Shown here piece by piece: positions 61,123 to 64,000 of a stretch of 64,000 nucleotides of DNA. The translations under genes were made by a program, and so were the position numbers. The notes under the pieces are model-generated. The model saw nothing but the letters and a program-made list of their open reading frames with translations, did not search any database and had not been told where the DNA came from. Origin of the DNA: Phoronis australis (Eukaryota > Animalia > Phoronida); contig NMRA01000041.1 of the NCBI GenBank assembly GCA_002633005.1, positions 354,954 to 418,953 on the forward strand, given 5' to 3'. Numbering within the stretch: position 1 is the stretch's first letter; every line of letters begins with the position of its first letter.

Positions 61123-64000
61123 GTCGGAATGGTGCTACAAGAGTCACACATGTAAGTCTCAAGGTGCAGAACCGATGCACACCTGAATGGCCACCCCTTG
61201 ACGTAACACCAATACACGAGCGCCACCTGTGTAGGTGGTAATGTCATCAATATGCTCTGCATGAATCTCAAGATTGCATGTGCGTGAACATCGAATACAC
61301 GAGGAAACGTGGAAAATTCACTCAAATAGTCACGCTCACGTTGACAAAAATTCCCAGTGCACTTAACCAAATTACATTTTAACAAAATCTGAAAATTTTA
61401 ACAAACCTAACCTATTAGCGAAGTTATTTTCCAAAGTAGTAATGATATAATTGATTAACCATTCAAATATTACTTCTATTCAGCGTCAGTTCTGGTAAAG
61501 GATCTGTGTTTACTAGGTTTTTGGCTTATATACTGTATTTTCTCTTCCTTATTCATTAGGGCTATCATCATATGCAATATGAAAAGGATACACTGCAAGT
61601 TAATTTTCATTGCCTTGTCATGTAGTGGCCTCTGAATTTAGCGCCGGTTTTATATTTTCTGATTTTTTTCTCTTTCCGAGGACATCCCTCACTGCAGAAT
61701 ACAGAGTCCTTGTTGTTTGGGTGGTCACTGTATACCATTAAACACATAACAACATTTTGTGCCTGCATCATGATGCATTTCTTAGGTGTGATACCGCAGT
61801 GTAGTATTTACGATTTAACCAAGACACTATGGCAATCTCACGTATGAAATCTGCCAGTTCCATGATCAGGCACATATTTCTATGAACAAAAAGCCAATAA
61901 GATGACACCATCTATGTGCGTGAAACTGTCCTAACTTGTCTGTACAATATCAACTTATGTTCTCACAAATATGCAATTCACCGTACGTACTGCACGGCAC
62001 TTTCGTCGGCTTCAGTCAAACATAAACGCCTTTACCCGCAGATCCAGGAATAGTTAGGTGTTAAAATTCTACTGTGAACTGGAGTTGGATAATCAGTGTA
62101 AGGAACTAACTGCCAATAATGACCCGGCGATCTGATCCTACTCCTTAGTTCTCGGAAGTTGTTCGTTATGATTGTAAGTGTTGTCACAATATTTGGAGTT
62201 TGGATATATATTTTGAAGCTGAATTTTAGCCTGTTAAGGTGACTAAAACACGAAAACTGCATTTGGTTTTTAATTCCATTTCATCGAGACCATCAGAGCT
62301 ATCAGCTACCACAAAATGTTCCAGAGTCAATTTGGTTCGGCCAACCCTAAAATTGTCGACTTGAAAATGGCGCACGTATGCACAGTCTACATTTCGAGTT
62401 GCCGGCTAATTCGGCAGTTATTCAAGATCGTGTGACTTTGGTAATGTTTTTAAGCCCCAAAGTGTGTCATCTAAGAATTCAACATTGACAGATAAACAGG
62501 AGCGAAATGCAACTTTAAATTTGATGACAAGATATATAACCACAAAACGCCTAATATGTTTCAAGGCTTATGTCTAAAATACTGTTTGAGTAATCTACTT
62601 TTACTGATCAGTAATGTTTATTGTGTACACGTACGATGAATATCCAACACATGACTTTTAATTATTACTGTTGACCTTTACAACAGCTTAAAACGGATAT
62701 ACTCCTGCTTTCTGTTACAAAAACAATTTTTGATTTAAATCATGTGCCGTTGTAAAAATTGGCCTCCTATTGTTATAGTCAACATGGGCTAAAAAAGAAC
62801 TGAATACTTGCTCTGCTAAAGACCAGGCTCTGCAAGTTGTAATGTCATGGCGTATCACTCTGCTATTAATCCTACATGTTATTGGGAAATAAAGGATAGT
62901 CCGTTATTTAAAAGGCCAAAAATCACAATATACAGCAGTAAATGGTCAAAATCAAGATTGATTTTCTTAGACTATCGCCGCTTGAGGGTGCCTTAATCAT
63001 GTTAGTTAATGTGAATCAGTTTAAAATTCCAGCAATCCTGGTTTGCAGTTAAAAATCAATCTCACAATCTCTCTTTTAAGCAAGAATGTATAGGTACTTT
63101 ATCTCAGGGAATATTTGTGAACTTCCACTTGGAATATAAATGCCAGTTTGATACTACATGTGTTGTATTTCATACGTGTGTAAATGTAGTACCATTTTTT
63201 TGATAAGCCACACTACACAAATTATCTTCATAAAACTCATGTACATTCTGCATCACGTATTTATGAATTATGTTCTAGAAATAAATAATTATCTTATCTT
63301 ATCTTTTCTCGTTTTATCTATCTCGTCTAATTTGTTATATTTTTTCACTACATTTGTTCAGAGAAGTAACATGGCATATAAAGTGTATGACATTTGAGCA
63401 TGCGTATTGCCTAACTGTTTCTCCTCTAGAAAAGGTGTAGATTTCCATAGACCTTTGGTATGTTGTAGAACAATTCAAGAGATTTCGTTTATTTGTATAA
63501 AAGTTAATTCTATTGCTATTTGTTTTGCGTGATTCATTATTTCACCGAGACTACAAGATAGAGGGGTAATAAAAGGAAAATAGTAATTGATAATAATATA
63601 AACGTATAGGAATAAATTTGATTACAAAAAGTAAATGGTACAATACAGTGATATATAACAAATAAATATACAGCTATATTGATATACCAATGAAATAATA
63701 AACATGATTTGTGAGCGAAAAAAAATTAAAAGTGTATAGTTACGGAAACGGATTTTAGATTATACCACTGGCATTAATTTAACGTTTACGACTTCGGCTT
63801 GACCTAATTATCGTTGCGTAGATTTCAAATTCGTTTTCTATACCTGGCCATTTGTCGTAAAGTTTTTAGGTAACGCCTTTAAAAAAAATAATGTGTAGTA
63901 ATAATGCAGCCGCTTCGATCAACATAGGCCAAGGCCGCAAACAAGATTTTCGGTTCAACTGGTTGAACGAAATCGAACACCTTTCGTAATACGTTAAGTA

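Overview
This is AT-rich eukaryotic DNA, not prokaryotic; the repeat content suggests a marine invertebrate (inference). (1) A degenerate minus-strand Ty3/Gypsy retrotransposon occupies ~760-5180 (gag zinc knuckles, PR-RT-RH-IN). (2) Seventeen phase-consistent plus-strand exons (9044-44541, 3624 nt, ~1207 aa) encode a RECQL4 helicase; the Sld2-like 5' exons are not visible in the window. (3) A convergent minus-strand flavin-containing monooxygenase (FMO) pseudogene has five degraded exons (~56414-61122). Introns and intergenic DNA are densely filled with non-autonomous elements. Two Kolobok-like families (TTAA target, AG..CT ends) each keep the 5' end of a THAP gene facing the 5' end of a cysteine-rich gene resembling KolX / the P2X7 C-terminal domain. 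Helentron-associated (HINE-like) elements carry satellite arrays and self-nest, and one abuts a RECQL4 splice acceptor. Also present: a Ginger1-like remnant, L1/Tx1 3' fragments, tRNA-derived insertions, foldback elements and an inverted pair of hammerhead-like motifs. Several duplications joined by a single N look like haplotype-overlap assembly artefacts. All calls come from manual reading; no database search was run.
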